Source: an uncultured Jutongia sp. (GTDB lineage Bacteria; Bacillota; Clostridia; Lachnospirales; Lachnospiraceae). From it: a DNA stretch of 44,135 nucleotides. Positions within the stretch are counted from its first letter, which is position 1; every line of letters begins with the position of its first letter. Location of the stretch: contig CAZTVO010000002.1 in the NCBI GenBank assembly GCA_964617075.1, positions 1 through 44,135 of the forward strand. Reading direction: 5' to 3'. Positions 28,552 through 37,918 of the stretch are shown piece by piece. The notes under the pieces were generated by a model that was given only the letters and a program-made list of their open reading frames with translations, had not been told where the DNA came from and searched no databases. Made by a program: the position numbers and the translations under genes.

Positions 28552-29964
28552 ATGGCAGAGATAGAAAAGAAACCTTTAAAAATTACAGAAACAATTCTTC
28601 GCGACGCTCATCAGTCTTTGATTGCCACGAGGATGACGACCGAGCAGATGCTCCCGATAATCGACAAGATGGATCAGGTAGGGTTCCACGCTGTTGAGTG
28701 CTGGGGCGGCGCGACGTTCGATGCGTCGCTAAGGTTCCTTAAGGAAGACCCTTGGGAGAGGCTTCGCAAGTTAAGGGCCGGCTTTAAAAAGACGAAGCTT
28801 CAGATGCTCTTTCGTGGCCAGAATATATTGGGATATAACCACTACGCGGACGACGTGGTCGAGTATTTTGTTCAGAAGTCCATCGCCAACGGCATAGACA
28901 TCATCCGCATATTCGACTGCCTAAACGATCTGCGAAACTTGGAGACGGCGGTTAAGGCGGCCAACAAGGAAAACGGCCACGCGCAGGTGGCGCTTTCCTA
29001 TACTTTGGGCGACGCGTATACGCTTGACTACTGGAAGGACATGGCCAAAAGGATAGAGAGCATGGGCGCCAAGTCGCTTTGCATAAAGGATATGGCGGGA
29101 CTTCTAGTTCCTGTTAAGGCCGAGGAGCTTGTCAAGGCCCTTAAGGAATCGGTCGACATACCTATTGACCTTCATACGCACTATACCTCGGGCGTTGCTT
29201 CCATGACGTACATGAAAGCCGTGGAGGCCGGATGCGACATCATTGATACGGCTATGTCGCCATTCTCCATGGGAACGAGCCAGCCGGCTACCGAGGTTAT
29301 GGTGGAGGCGTTTAAGGGAACGCCTTACGATACCGGGCTTAGTCAGGACAAGCTTGCTGAAATAGCCGACTACTTCCGTCCTATGAGGGAAGAGGCGTTA
29401 AAGTCCGGCCTTATGAATACGAAAGTCCTTGGAGTAAACATCCAGACGCTTCGCTATCAGGTGCCCGGCGGAATGCTTAGCAACCTCGTGTCGCAGCTTA
29501 AGGAGATGGGCCAGGAGGATAAATACGAGCAGGTGCTTGAAGAGGTTCCAAAGGTCCGCAAGGACTTTGGGGAGCCGCCTCTTGTAACCCCGTCGTCACA
29601 GATTGTGGGCACGCAGGCTGTGCTTAACGTAGTTTCCGGCGAAAGGTACAAGATGGTGACGAAGGAGTCCAAAAAGCTTCTTTCAGGCGAGTTTGGCCAG
29701 ACCGTCAAGCCGTTTAACAAGGAGGTCCAGAAAAAGTGCATAGGAGACGCGGAACCTATCACCTGCCGTCCGGCCGACTTGATAAAGCCGCAGCTTGCCG
29801 ATCTCGAAAAGGAGATGGCTCAGTACAAGCAGCAGGACGAGGACGTCTTGTCGTACGCGCTCTTCCCGCAGGTTGCCACGGAGTTTTTCAAATATAGGGA
29901 AGCTCAGCAGAACAAGGTCGACGCCTCGGCTGCCGACAAGGAAAGCCAGGCCTATCCGGTATGA
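28552..29964 (+). CDS. oadA: Oxaloacetate decarboxylase alpha / transcarboxylase 5S-like carboxyltransferase (no biotin domain)
   Basis: LRDAHQSL, WGGATFD, IKDMAG, HTH, VPGGM, PLVTPSSQIVG. Confidence 0.92.
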   Translation: MAEIEKKPLKITETILRDAHQSLIATRMTTEQMLPIIDKMDQVGFHAVECWGGATFDASLRFLKEDPWERLRKLRAGFKKTKLQMLFRGQNILGYNHYADDVVEYFVQKSIANGIDIIRIFDCLNDLRNLETAVKAANKENGHAQVALSYTLGDAYTLDYWKDMAKRIESMGAKSLCIKDMAGLLVPVKAEELVKALKESVDIPIDLHTHYTSGVASMTYMKAVEAGCDIIDTAMSPFSMGTSQPATEVMVEAFKGTPYDTGLSQDKLAEIADYFRPMREEALKSGLMNTKVLGVNIQTLRYQVPGGMLSNLVSQLKEMGQEDKYEQVLEEVPKVRKDFGEPPLVTPSSQIVGTQAVLNVVSGERYKMVTKESKKLLSGEFGQTVKPFNKEVQKKCIGDAEPITCRPADLIKPQLADLEKEMAQYKQQDEDVLSYALFPQVATEFFKYREAQQNKVDASAADKESQAYPV

Positions 29965-30039
29965 AGGCGGGAATTGTATTTTTGCACGACTACGTACATA
30001 CACATACAGAGCAAACGTCAAATATTATATACAATGCAC

Positions 30040-30073
30040 AAAATGGGGAAGCCTGCGCAGGCTTCCCCATTTT
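30040..30073 (+). terminator. Rho-independent terminator (perfect 34-bp palindrome)
   Basis: AAAATGGGGAAGCCTGC/GCAGGCTTCCCCATTTT after oadA. Confidence 0.85.
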
Positions 30074-30268
30074 CTATAAGTACACGCTGCTGTATTCAAT
30101 GCAAACTTATATGAAATGTTGCACAATTAAATACAAAAAAAGGATTTGACGCGTGATTTTACGCAAGGAAAAAATATAGATGCACATATAAAGACAATAA
30201 CGCATAATAATATATATTATAACATTATGTATATTATTCATAATATATAATACTGGAGCTGTTTAATT

Positions 30269-30637
30269 ATGTCGGACTTGGGGGAAGATTACGGCCTGCG
30301 GGAGAGGATAGAGCTTTCGCTACTTTACGATTTTTACGGGGCGCTTTTGAAGGAAAACCAGCGAAGAATGTTTGAGGCGGGCGTGCTTGACGACTGCAGT
30401 TTAAGCGAGATAGCCGAAAACGAGGGAATCACAAGGCAGGGAGTGTATGACGCCGTGAAGCGCGCCGCCAGGCAGCTGCGCTCGTATGAAGAAAAGCTTG
30501 GCCTGGCCGCGAAATTTGAAAAAAAGAAGAAGCTCGCCGCCGCCCTTGACGAAAAGCTAAGGCTTGTCAGCGCGAAATATGACGGCGGAGACTGGGACGA
30601 TATATTTAAAATCCTAGACGAGATATTGGAGGAATAG
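30269..30637 (+). CDS. ylxM: YlxM/p13-family HTH protein (SRP-associated)
   Basis: LLYDFYGALL, SLSEIAE..GITRQGVYD, L.SYEEKL.L. Confidence 0.88.
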   Translation: MSDLGEDYGLRERIELSLLYDFYGALLKENQRRMFEAGVLDDCSLSEIAENEGITRQGVYDAVKRAARQLRSYEEKLGLAAKFEKKKKLAAALDEKLRLVSAKYDGGDWDDIFKILDEILEE

Positions 30638-30664
30638 GCGCGCCGCGTCCAAAAAAAACGGCCG

Positions 30665-31591
30665 TCACAAGGCGCAAACGAGGGCCAGAAGCTTCATTGG
30701 CGCTGTTACGTACCTGTTTGAGATGGCCGGCCGCAGGCTCTTTTTAATGTCTTTTTTAATGCTTTTCCTTATTTTCGCGGCCTTTTTGTCGTCCTTAAGC
30801 CTTGCCAGATTTACATAGGCGTAAAGCATCGCCTTTATTCGCTTAAATTCGGCCTCCTCAATAAGACTTGGAAATTCGTCTTTGACAAACGAAAGGTTGT
30901 CTACGCTGTTATAATAGCAGTCGACGTTTCTTAGCGAAAAGCCGGACGTCGTTATGCTGTTTTGGCGTATGCGGTAAAAATATGTGTCCGTATTTAAAAA
31001 AACGATTTTTTTGCATTTGGCGTAGGCGTGGAGCGCCACGACCTCGTCGTCGTTTACGCGGCCCGTCGGAAAACGTATTTCCTTAAAGACTTCGGCCTTA
31101 AAAAGCCTGTTCCATATGGCGGAGCCGTCAAGCAGCAGATTTTTTACGGCCTTTTTGGCGGTCATGCATTTTACGGGCCGGTCCGGGGGATTTTTTTTTG
31201 CGCGCAGCGCGCCGTTTTTTTCAACGACCGTCACGCATCCGCCCACCGCGCAGTCCGCGCCGTATTTATTCAGTCCGTCCATAAGCGTTTTGTATGCGTC
31301 CTTTGAAATCCAGTCGTCGCTGTCTACAAAGCTTATATAGTCTCCCGTAGCCGCGTCAAGGCCCGTGTTCCTCGCGGCCGCGACGCCCTCGTTTTTTTTG
31401 TGGATGCAGCGTACGCGCCGGTCCGACGCCGCGAAGCGGTCGCATATCGCGCCGCAGCTATCGGGCGATCCGTCGTCAATCAAAATGACTTCAAGATTTT
31501 TGTAAGTCTGGCGCAAAATGCTTTTAACGCATTTTTCCAAATAGTTTTCGACCTTGTACACGGGAACTATTACGGTGATTTTTTCGTCCAT
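30665..31591 (-). CDS. GT2 glycosyltransferase
   Basis: VIVPVYKVE, DDGSPD, ARNTGL, FVDSDD. Confidence 0.93.
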   Translation of the reverse strand: MDEKITVIVPVYKVENYLEKCVKSILRQTYKNLEVILIDDGSPDSCGAICDRFAASDRRVRCIHKKNEGVAAARNTGLDAATGDYISFVDSDDWISKDAYKTLMDGLNKYGADCAVGGCVTVVEKNGALRAKKNPPDRPVKCMTAKKAVKNLLLDGSAIWNRLFKAEVFKEIRFPTGRVNDDEVVALHAYAKCKKIVFLNTDTYFYRIRQNSITTSGFSLRNVDCYYNSVDNLSFVKDEFPSLIEEAEFKRIKAMLYAYVNLARLKDDKKAAKIRKSIKKDIKKSLRPAISNRYVTAPMKLLALVCAL

Positions 31592-31611
31592 AAAAATCTC
31601 CTCCTTTCATC

Positions 31612-32727
31612 TTATTTGCCGCTTTTTGGCTTTTTGTATCTTGATTTTGTGACGCGCTCGTCCACGCGCGCGCCAAGGATAAGCGCTATGCCAAAAACGT
31701 ACGGGACATAGAGGCGCGCGCGCATTAGGGCCGCTGCCGCAAAAATGACTATTTTCCAGGAAACGGAGCGTATGTCCCTTATATATTTTCCGCTGACAAG
31801 CTCCCCCATGACCTTTTTTACGAGTGGGTCGGAGCTGTATTTTTTTAGCGCCGAGGCGGCGCGCCCTATCCTGTGCCGCCTATCGCCAAGTTCCTGCTTA
31901 ACAAGTTCTTGCTTAACAAGTTCTTGCTTAACTAAGAAAAAGCTCCCGACGCATATGTGGAAGGCCACAAGGTCGCCGTAGTCCTCCTCTATCTTTTTTT
32001 CGTTTAAAAATTGAATAAAGTCGTAAGCGATCGAGAGCCATACCCGCGTGAAGTTTTTCTTATATTTGTACGTGACAGACTCGTCGTTTACGCGGTACAT
32101 ATAAACGCTTTGATCCACGAACGCGTACTTTGGGGAGCAGGCGCAGCAGGCCATATTGTGCGCCTTGTCCTGCGTGAACGGGTAGTCCCCGCATCTAAGG
32201 CCGTTTTCGTCCAAGAATTTTTTCTTGTATATCTTTCCCCAGTTATAGGAGAGGTGGCCGTACATGATAAAGCCCGTAAACCTAAAGTCGACCGTCTTTG
32301 TATATTTGCCGCCGCGCAGGTGATGTGAGTTTACCATGCTTTTCATTTTGTCGTTAAAGCGCCTAAAGCAGCCAACTACTATGTCCGCGCCGGTTTTTGC
32401 GGCCTTCTTTGCCAAAACCGAAATGGCGTCCTCTCCGTCAAGGCAGTCGTCCGAATCCAAAAAAAAGACGTATTCGCCCTTTGCCGCGTCAAGGCCCGTG
32501 TTTCTAGAAAGCCCCAGCCCCATGTTTTTTTGGTGTACGGCTTTTACAAAATCATAATTTTTCGCGTATTTATCGCAAAGCGCAGGACAATTATCTGGCG
32601 ATCCGTCGTCTACAAGTATGACCTCTATATTAGGATAGTTTTGCGAAAAAACGCTTTTCATACATTCGTCAAGGTATTTTTCCGTCTTGTAGACGGGAAT
32701 TATAATGCTTATTTTTGGCTCATTCAT
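31612..32727 (-). CDS. GT2 glycosyltransferase
   Basis: IIIPVYKTE, DDGSPD, FLDSDD; start MNEPK preferred because of RBS GAGGA. Confidence 0.9.
   Translation of the reverse strand: MNEPKISIIIPVYKTEKYLDECMKSVFSQNYPNIEVILVDDGSPDNCPALCDKYAKNYDFVKAVHQKNMGLGLSRNTGLDAAKGEYVFFLDSDDCLDGEDAISVLAKKAAKTGADIVVGCFRRFNDKMKSMVNSHHLRGGKYTKTVDFRFTGFIMYGHLSYNWGKIYKKKFLDENGLRCGDYPFTQDKAHNMACCACSPKYAFVDQSVYMYRVNDESVTYKYKKNFTRVWLSIAYDFIQFLNEKKIEEDYGDLVAFHICVGSFFLVKQELVKQELVKQELGDRRHRIGRAASALKKYSSDPLVKKVMGELVSGKYIRDIRSVSWKIVIFAAAALMRARLYVPYVFGIALILGARVDERVTKSRYKKPKSGK
31887..31931. repeat. 15-bp tandem repeat x3 (VKQEL)
   Basis: CAAGTTC(C/T)TGCTTAA three times. Confidence 0.92.
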
Positions 32728-32770
32728 AATAAAATCCTCATTTTTCTTCGTTTGCGCGTCAGCGCGTGTC

Positions 32771-32799
32771 TTGTATTTTTCGTTCATTCAGCGTATAAT
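32771..32799 (+). promoter_or_regulatory. Promoter of the antisense-oriented gene
   Basis: TTGTAT-17-TATAAT, followed by RBS AAAGGAGGAG. Confidence 0.7.
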
Positions 32800-32829
32800 A
32801 AGGCCCTGGCCGCGCCAAAGGAGGAGCAT

Positions 32830-33786
32830 ATGGATTTTAAGGACGACGATACTGTACTGATTTTTCAAAAACCCGAGCTTTATTTTTTTCCGCACCTTAA
32901 AGGCGTCGTCTTTTCGCCTTTTTGCGTGCCCCAAAAAAGCGTGGGATACCTTTTATACAAGGTCATGCATATGCTAAGAATCCCCGCCCGTTCAGTATTT
33001 TGGGGCGACTGGAAAGAAAAGGTCCGGTACGCGAAAAAAGCGATAATATTTGACTACGGGTATCAGGCCGGAATGGAAACGTATATAAAAAAAGTAAATC
33101 CAAATTGCGAGGTATATCTTTTCTTTTGGAACATAATAACTAAGAAGCGAAAAAACCACAAGCTCTTTACTGACAAGGACGCCATATACTCCACCGACAA
33201 AGGCTGCTGCGCCGAGTACAACTTAAAATACAACCATATGTTTTACACGCGCGACTACTACCGCCCGTACGATGCCGCGCACAAAGACAGGCTCTTTTTT
33301 ATGGGCACCGACAAGGGCAGGGCTGGGTACATATTTGAGTTGAAAAAAATCCTTGAGGACGCGGGGCTTACGTGCGACATACGCCTTTTGTCGGACAGGC
33401 GAGGGCGGCGCGTAAAGAAAAAATTTCCGGAAATATTTACGGACAAGACTGAGCCGTACGACAAATATTTGAAAGATGTAAACGCTTCAGGAGTTCTTCT
33501 CGACGTCAATCAAAAGGGGCAGCAGGCCCTGACCATGCGCGTCATGGAGGCAATCTATTTCTCCAAAAAGCTCATAACAAACAACAGCCATGTAGCCGAA
33601 TATGATTTTTACGACAAGAACAATATATATATTCTGCCAAACGACCTTTCTAAGGCGTCGAGCGGCAAAATAAAGGAATTTTTAGAGCGTCCTTTTTGCC
33701 CGTACGGCGAGGAGACGCTTTCTAATTACGACTACGCTCACTGGAAGGAGGGCTTTAAGATGCAGGCGCCCCTCTTTAGCGGCTAG
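32830..33786 (+). CDS. Polysaccharide-biosynthesis protein, probable GT-B fold
   Basis: FFWNI, FMGTDKGR, LTMRVMEA...KKLITNN; start MDFKDD after a strong RBS. Confidence 0.7.
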   Translation: MDFKDDDTVLIFQKPELYFFPHLKGVVFSPFCVPQKSVGYLLYKVMHMLRIPARSVFWGDWKEKVRYAKKAIIFDYGYQAGMETYIKKVNPNCEVYLFFWNIITKKRKNHKLFTDKDAIYSTDKGCCAEYNLKYNHMFYTRDYYRPYDAAHKDRLFFMGTDKGRAGYIFELKKILEDAGLTCDIRLLSDRRGRRVKKKFPEIFTDKTEPYDKYLKDVNASGVLLDVNQKGQQALTMRVMEAIYFSKKLITNNSHVAEYDFYDKNNIYILPNDLSKASSGKIKEFLERPFCPYGEETLSNYDYAHWKEGFKMQAPLFSG

Positions 33787-34874
33787 GACGCGTCCGTTAC
33801 CTGTTCTAGCAGCCCGTTCCAGCTCTTTAATATGCCGCTTAGCCTAAATTTGTCGATGTCGTCCCGGGCGTGGCTTGAGAGCCGCTCGCGAAGCGCGTCA
33901 TCCTCCATAAGGGCGTCAAGCTTTTTTGCCATATCCTTTATGTCGAAGGGCTTTATCAAATATCCGTTGACGCCGTCCTTTATGATTTCGTCAGGCCCCG
34001 TCTTTACGTTAAACGCGACGCTTGGCAGGCCGTACGCCTTCGCCTCCAAAAGGCTCATTGGAAGCCCCTCCCTTCTGGAGGTCATTACGTATATTTTTGC
34101 CTCGCTAAGGTAGGTGCCCACGTCCCGCACGCGTCCGGTAAGAACAAGCTGCCCCTCAAGCCCGTTTTTTTTGATGAAGTCCTCCAAAAAGGGCCTCTCC
34201 TCGCCTTCGCCTATTACAAGCCACTTCCAGTCCGGGTGCCCGGCAAGCGCGGTCTTTGCGACCTGCGCCAGATACTCCAACCCCTTTGGCCTAACGAGTC
34301 CGCCGACAGTTATGAGCCTGTTCTTTTTTTCTAAAGACGCGGCGCGCGCCGTTTCCTGCATGGGATTATATATCGCGGCAATCCTCTCGCGCCTGCCGGC
34401 GCGCTCCATATAGTCGCGCCTGTCTTCTTCCGTAAGAGTGACGACGTAGCTGCTTCTTTTTACGGAGTATTTTAATATAAGGCGCCTGTAGCGCGACGTC
34501 ATCTCGTATCCGTAGTTGAAATGCTCCCACGACACCACTTTAGTTTTAAGTCCCGCCGACGCCGGTATGGAAAGCGCGTCAAGCACTATGTCTATGTCCA
34601 CTATTACGTCTATTTTTTCATCTTTTAGGAAGCGGCGCAGCTTCGGCACCACCTTCAAATACCCCGCTCCCGGCTTTATCCAGCGCTTTTCGAGCGCGTG
34701 GCGTCGTATGGCGGCATCAAGCTCAAAAAAAGGCGTTTCGGCCTGCTCGGTAAGGCTTAAAAAAAGTATCTCGTAGCGCCCTTCCCTCGCAAGCCCGTTT
34801 GCCACCATGCTTGAGGCGCGTTCAGTTCCGCCGCTTCTTGTAATATCGCCCGAAAAAAAGCAAACCTTTTTCAT
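33783..34874 (-). CDS. GT4 glycosyltransferase
   Basis: GGTER, SRREGLPMSLLEA (EX7E), GPDEII. Confidence 0.93.
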   Translation of the reverse strand: MKKVCFFSGDITRSGGTERASSMVANGLAREGRYEILFLSLTEQAETPFFELDAAIRRHALEKRWIKPGAGYLKVVPKLRRFLKDEKIDVIVDIDIVLDALSIPASAGLKTKVVSWEHFNYGYEMTSRYRRLILKYSVKRSSYVVTLTEEDRRDYMERAGRRERIAAIYNPMQETARAASLEKKNRLITVGGLVRPKGLEYLAQVAKTALAGHPDWKWLVIGEGEERPFLEDFIKKNGLEGQLVLTGRVRDVGTYLSEAKIYVMTSRREGLPMSLLEAKAYGLPSVAFNVKTGPDEIIKDGVNGYLIKPFDIKDMAKKLDALMEDDALRERLSSHARDDIDKFRLSGILKSWNGLLEQVTDAS

Positions 34875-34887
34875 GAAACACGCCCCT

Positions 34888-35946
34888 CTACCGGCCTTCT
34901 TTGCCGCAGTAATGTTGGCCATACCACTTCGCGTATCTTAAAAGCCCTTCTTTTAGCGAGGTTTTTGGCCTGAATCCAAAATCCTTTTCAAACTCGGCCG
35001 TATCCGCGAATGTCTGATACACGTCGCCCGGCTGCATCGGCAAAAGCTCCCTTTCGCCCTTTTTTTCCACGATGCCCTCGCCAATCAGGCACTCCTCAAG
35101 TATTTCCACAAAGTCAAGCAGCTTTACCGGGCGGCCGTTTCCTATGTTGTACACCTTGTATCCGGGGCCGCCTTTTGTTTCGGCGGGGGCGCGGTCCATG
35201 ACCCTCATTATGCCTTCGACCACATCGTCTATATATGTAAAGTCGCGGTACATGTCGCCGTAGTTAAATATCTTGATTTTTTCGCCTCTAACAAGCTTGT
35301 CGGTAAAGCTAAAGTAGGCCATGTCGGGCCTTCCCAAAGGCCCGTAGGCCGTAAAGAACCTAAGTCCCGTCGTCGGCAAGCCGTAAAGCTTCGCGTAGGA
35401 ATACGCCATAAGCTCGTCCGACTTTTTTGTGGCGGCGTAAAGGCTTACGGGAGCGTCCGTCTTGTCGCTTGTGGAGTACGGTACTTTTTGGCCGTCCCCG
35501 TATACGCTTGACGAGCTGGCAAACACGAGGTGGCGCACGCCTCCCGGATACATTTCGCGCGAGTGGCGGCACGCCTCCAAAATATTGAAAAAACCTACGA
35601 TATTTGATTCAATGTATGTTTCGGGGTTTTCGATAGAGTACCTTACCCCCGCCTGCGCCGCCAGATTTACTACGATGTCCGGCTTAAATCTCGCGAAAGT
35701 CTCGTCTATTACGGGCCTGTTGGCCAGATCTCCCCTGACAAAGCAAAACGCGCCGACGTTTTTGTCGGCGGCTTCGTTTAGCAGGCGCAGCCTCTCCTCT
35801 TTAAGGCTTATGTCATAATATTCGTTCATGTTGTCAAGGCCGACTATCCTTGATTTTGGAAAATCGGTCAAAAGACGCCTTGAAAGGTGACAGCCTATAA
35901 AGCCTGCGGCGCCGGTAATTAAAATCGTATTGTTGGAAAAATCCAT
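34888..35946 (-). CDS. NAD-dependent epimerase, UDP-glucuronate 4-epimerase-like
   Basis: TGAAGFIG, LAAQAGVRYS, ASSSSVYG, YAATKK, GRPDMA. Confidence 0.9.
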   Translation of the reverse strand: MDFSNNTILITGAAGFIGCHLSRRLLTDFPKSRIVGLDNMNEYYDISLKEERLRLLNEAADKNVGAFCFVRGDLANRPVIDETFARFKPDIVVNLAAQAGVRYSIENPETYIESNIVGFFNILEACRHSREMYPGGVRHLVFASSSSVYGDGQKVPYSTSDKTDAPVSLYAATKKSDELMAYSYAKLYGLPTTGLRFFTAYGPLGRPDMAYFSFTDKLVRGEKIKIFNYGDMYRDFTYIDDVVEGIMRVMDRAPAETKGGPGYKVYNIGNGRPVKLLDFVEILEECLIGEGIVEKKGERELLPMQPGDVYQTFADTAEFEKDFGFRPKTSLKEGLLRYAKWYGQHYCGKEGR

Positions 35947-35963
35947 AAGTAAAAATCCTTTCC

Positions 35964-37493
35964 TTATTTATCCGCCCTTTGCGGGCGAATCTGTTTTATC
36001 ATGCCGACGATGCTTTTTAGGCGGCCGCTTTTCGCAAAAATTATCAGGTTCGTTCCATTTGGAATAACGACGCACAAAATCATGGCCAAAAAAAATCTCG
36101 CGAGCCCCCCGCCCCCGTAGGCTGCCCTTACGGCGAAAAAAGTCGCGCACGACTCTATTGCCGCGAGCACCGCGTACTGAACCATGTCGGCGACATATCT
36201 GGCGCTGCTCTTGTGCAGATATCCACGGAAGAACACGCGTATCCGCACGAACAGCTGCACAAGGTATGACGCCAGCGTGCCCAAAAGCACACCCTTTACA
36301 CCAAATGGTTTTACGAGTAGAAGGGAGACGGCCAGGTTCGCCGCGGCATATAATATGGAAACGTTTCTTTCCTTGTCAAACATTCCGCCCACAGTCATCA
36401 TCATGGTCGTAGGAAGCGTCATGATGAAGAAATAGCAGTTGGCCGCGCAGCAGGCCACTACGTCCGCGCCAATCGCGTAGGCGGGAGAGAGCCAGAAGTC
36501 CGTTACGAAATAAGTCATAAGAGACATTAAAGAGGCGGCGCAAAACGAGCCGAGCATGAAAAAAACGAAGGTGATGTCCCTTAGCGCGAGATAGTTTTTT
36601 TCCTGATCCTCCTCCACGAACAGATTTCCCACTGTGGGCTGTATCGAGTTGGAAAGCGATATCATGACGTTTGATACGGACTGGGAGATCAGGCTGTAGT
36701 TGGAATAGCGCCCTACTACGCCGATGCTTATAAATCCGGATATTATCAAATTGTCCGTCGAAACAAGAAGCTTCGATGAAAGTCTGGCGATGAAGATGTT
36801 TTTAACGTCGCCAATTATGGTGTGCGTCATGCCGCGGCCGGCCGCGGCCTTAGGCCGCCCCTTTAAATAAGGATACTTTTTGTCCACGTACCTTATTATC
36901 CAAAGGTTTAGCGCAGTCTCCGCGAGTATGTTTATGAAAAGCGCCAGCTGGTAGTTTTGCCAAAGCTTTAGCACGACTATGACGGTTCCGTAGTTAAATA
37001 TGTTCACAAAAAGGGTGCCGATGCTTACCACGTACTCCTTCTGGTCGGCTATCAATATGGAACGCTTACACGAAAGCAGGTAGGAAAGGGCCGTCCTCGC
37101 CAGCCAAAGCACGTATATAAGCCGTATGTAGGATGGCGAAAATTTGTTGCCGCGCATAAAAAGCGGCGCGGCGGGCATAAGGCACAGCCCCATTATCGTT
37201 ATGGCGGCCGCGAAGATGTAGTACGCCCTGCGGTACAGGCTCATGAGGGACGTCGTCTTTTCCTCGTCGCGGTTTGCCAGCGCGTGGTATAGGCGAAAGA
37301 CTATGGCGGAGGAAATGCCCATCTCCGACACGGAAAGTATGCCTATTATATTTGAAATGACGCCGTTCATGCCGACAAGCTCTTCGCCCATTATAAGGTT
37401 CATGGTGCGCTGGCTAAAAAAACCCATGATGATGAGCGTCAGCTGCGACATAAAGCCAAAAAAGGCGTTACGGAATATATTTTTTAGGCGCAT
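35964..37493 (-). CDS. Wzx-like polysaccharide flippase (MOP superfamily)
   Basis: Highly hydrophobic 509 aa; SEMGIS, ADQKEY, STDNLIIS, YSNY motifs. Confidence 0.85.
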   Translation of the reverse strand: MRLKNIFRNAFFGFMSQLTLIIMGFFSQRTMNLIMGEELVGMNGVISNIIGILSVSEMGISSAIVFRLYHALANRDEEKTTSLMSLYRRAYYIFAAAITIMGLCLMPAAPLFMRGNKFSPSYIRLIYVLWLARTALSYLLSCKRSILIADQKEYVVSIGTLFVNIFNYGTVIVVLKLWQNYQLALFINILAETALNLWIIRYVDKKYPYLKGRPKAAAGRGMTHTIIGDVKNIFIARLSSKLLVSTDNLIISGFISIGVVGRYSNYSLISQSVSNVMISLSNSIQPTVGNLFVEEDQEKNYLALRDITFVFFMLGSFCAASLMSLMTYFVTDFWLSPAYAIGADVVACCAANCYFFIMTLPTTMMMTVGGMFDKERNVSILYAAANLAVSLLLVKPFGVKGVLLGTLASYLVQLFVRIRVFFRGYLHKSSARYVADMVQYAVLAAIESCATFFAVRAAYGGGGLARFFLAMILCVVIPNGTNLIIFAKSGRLKSIVGMIKQIRPQRADK

Positions 37494-37561
37494 GGCGCAT
37501 CTTCTCCTTGCGGTCTGGCGGATCCCGTCGGTTTTTGGCGTGTAAAAACCCGCCCGCTGCC

Positions 37562-37590
37562 ATTATACTAAAAAGAAGTTTCCTTGTCCA
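37562..37590 (-). promoter_or_regulatory. Promoter of the flippase/GT operon
   Basis: TGGACA-17-TATAAT on the minus strand. Confidence 0.7.
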
Positions 37591-37652
37591 GTTTTGTAAA
37601 AAATGACCAATCAACCCCGGATATAAATTTCGATTTCTAGTTAATTATCAAT

Positions 37653-37681
37653 TGACAAAAGGGAAAATCGATAGTAACATA
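37653..37681 (+). promoter_or_regulatory. Promoter of the surface-protein/cps operon
   Basis: TTGACA-17-TAACAT. Confidence 0.65.
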
Positions 37682-37721
37682 GCAATTGAAATTGTACAAG
37701 GTTCTATGTATATAGAATAAG

Positions 37722-37918
37722 ATGTCCGCCCCGCGCGGGCATGCCTGACAATGTTTTTTTTATCCGTGCCGACAGTGAAGAGTCTGGCATGGCGGCAACT
37801 GTCAACCAATGCAGCTCCCGTTTCCATACGGCGCCGGGCAGGCCTCTTAAACGTGGCTGCGCCGTGCCGTGCCCGCGCCGTTACGGGAAGGGGAGCTGTG
37901 GGGCGGCTTTTTTAAGCC
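37722..37918 (+). ncRNA. Candidate structured leader RNA (family not recognised)
   Basis: Long hairpin 37811-37899; CCGCCCCGC (37726-37734) complementary to GTGGGGCGG (37898-37906); U-run follows. Confidence 0.45.

Noticed and set aside
31191-31199. T9 homopolymer in a GT2 gene as a phase-variation tract
   Set aside because: A/T runs of 7-9 nt are common across the window, including housekeeping genes; frame is intact
32530-32829. Extended N-terminus of the plus-strand gene
   Set aside because: Overlaps the GT2 gene antisense; promoter and RBS point to 32830
32728-33790. Recombinase-driven invertible segment
   Set aside because: No inverted repeats found at the boundaries and no recombinase in the window
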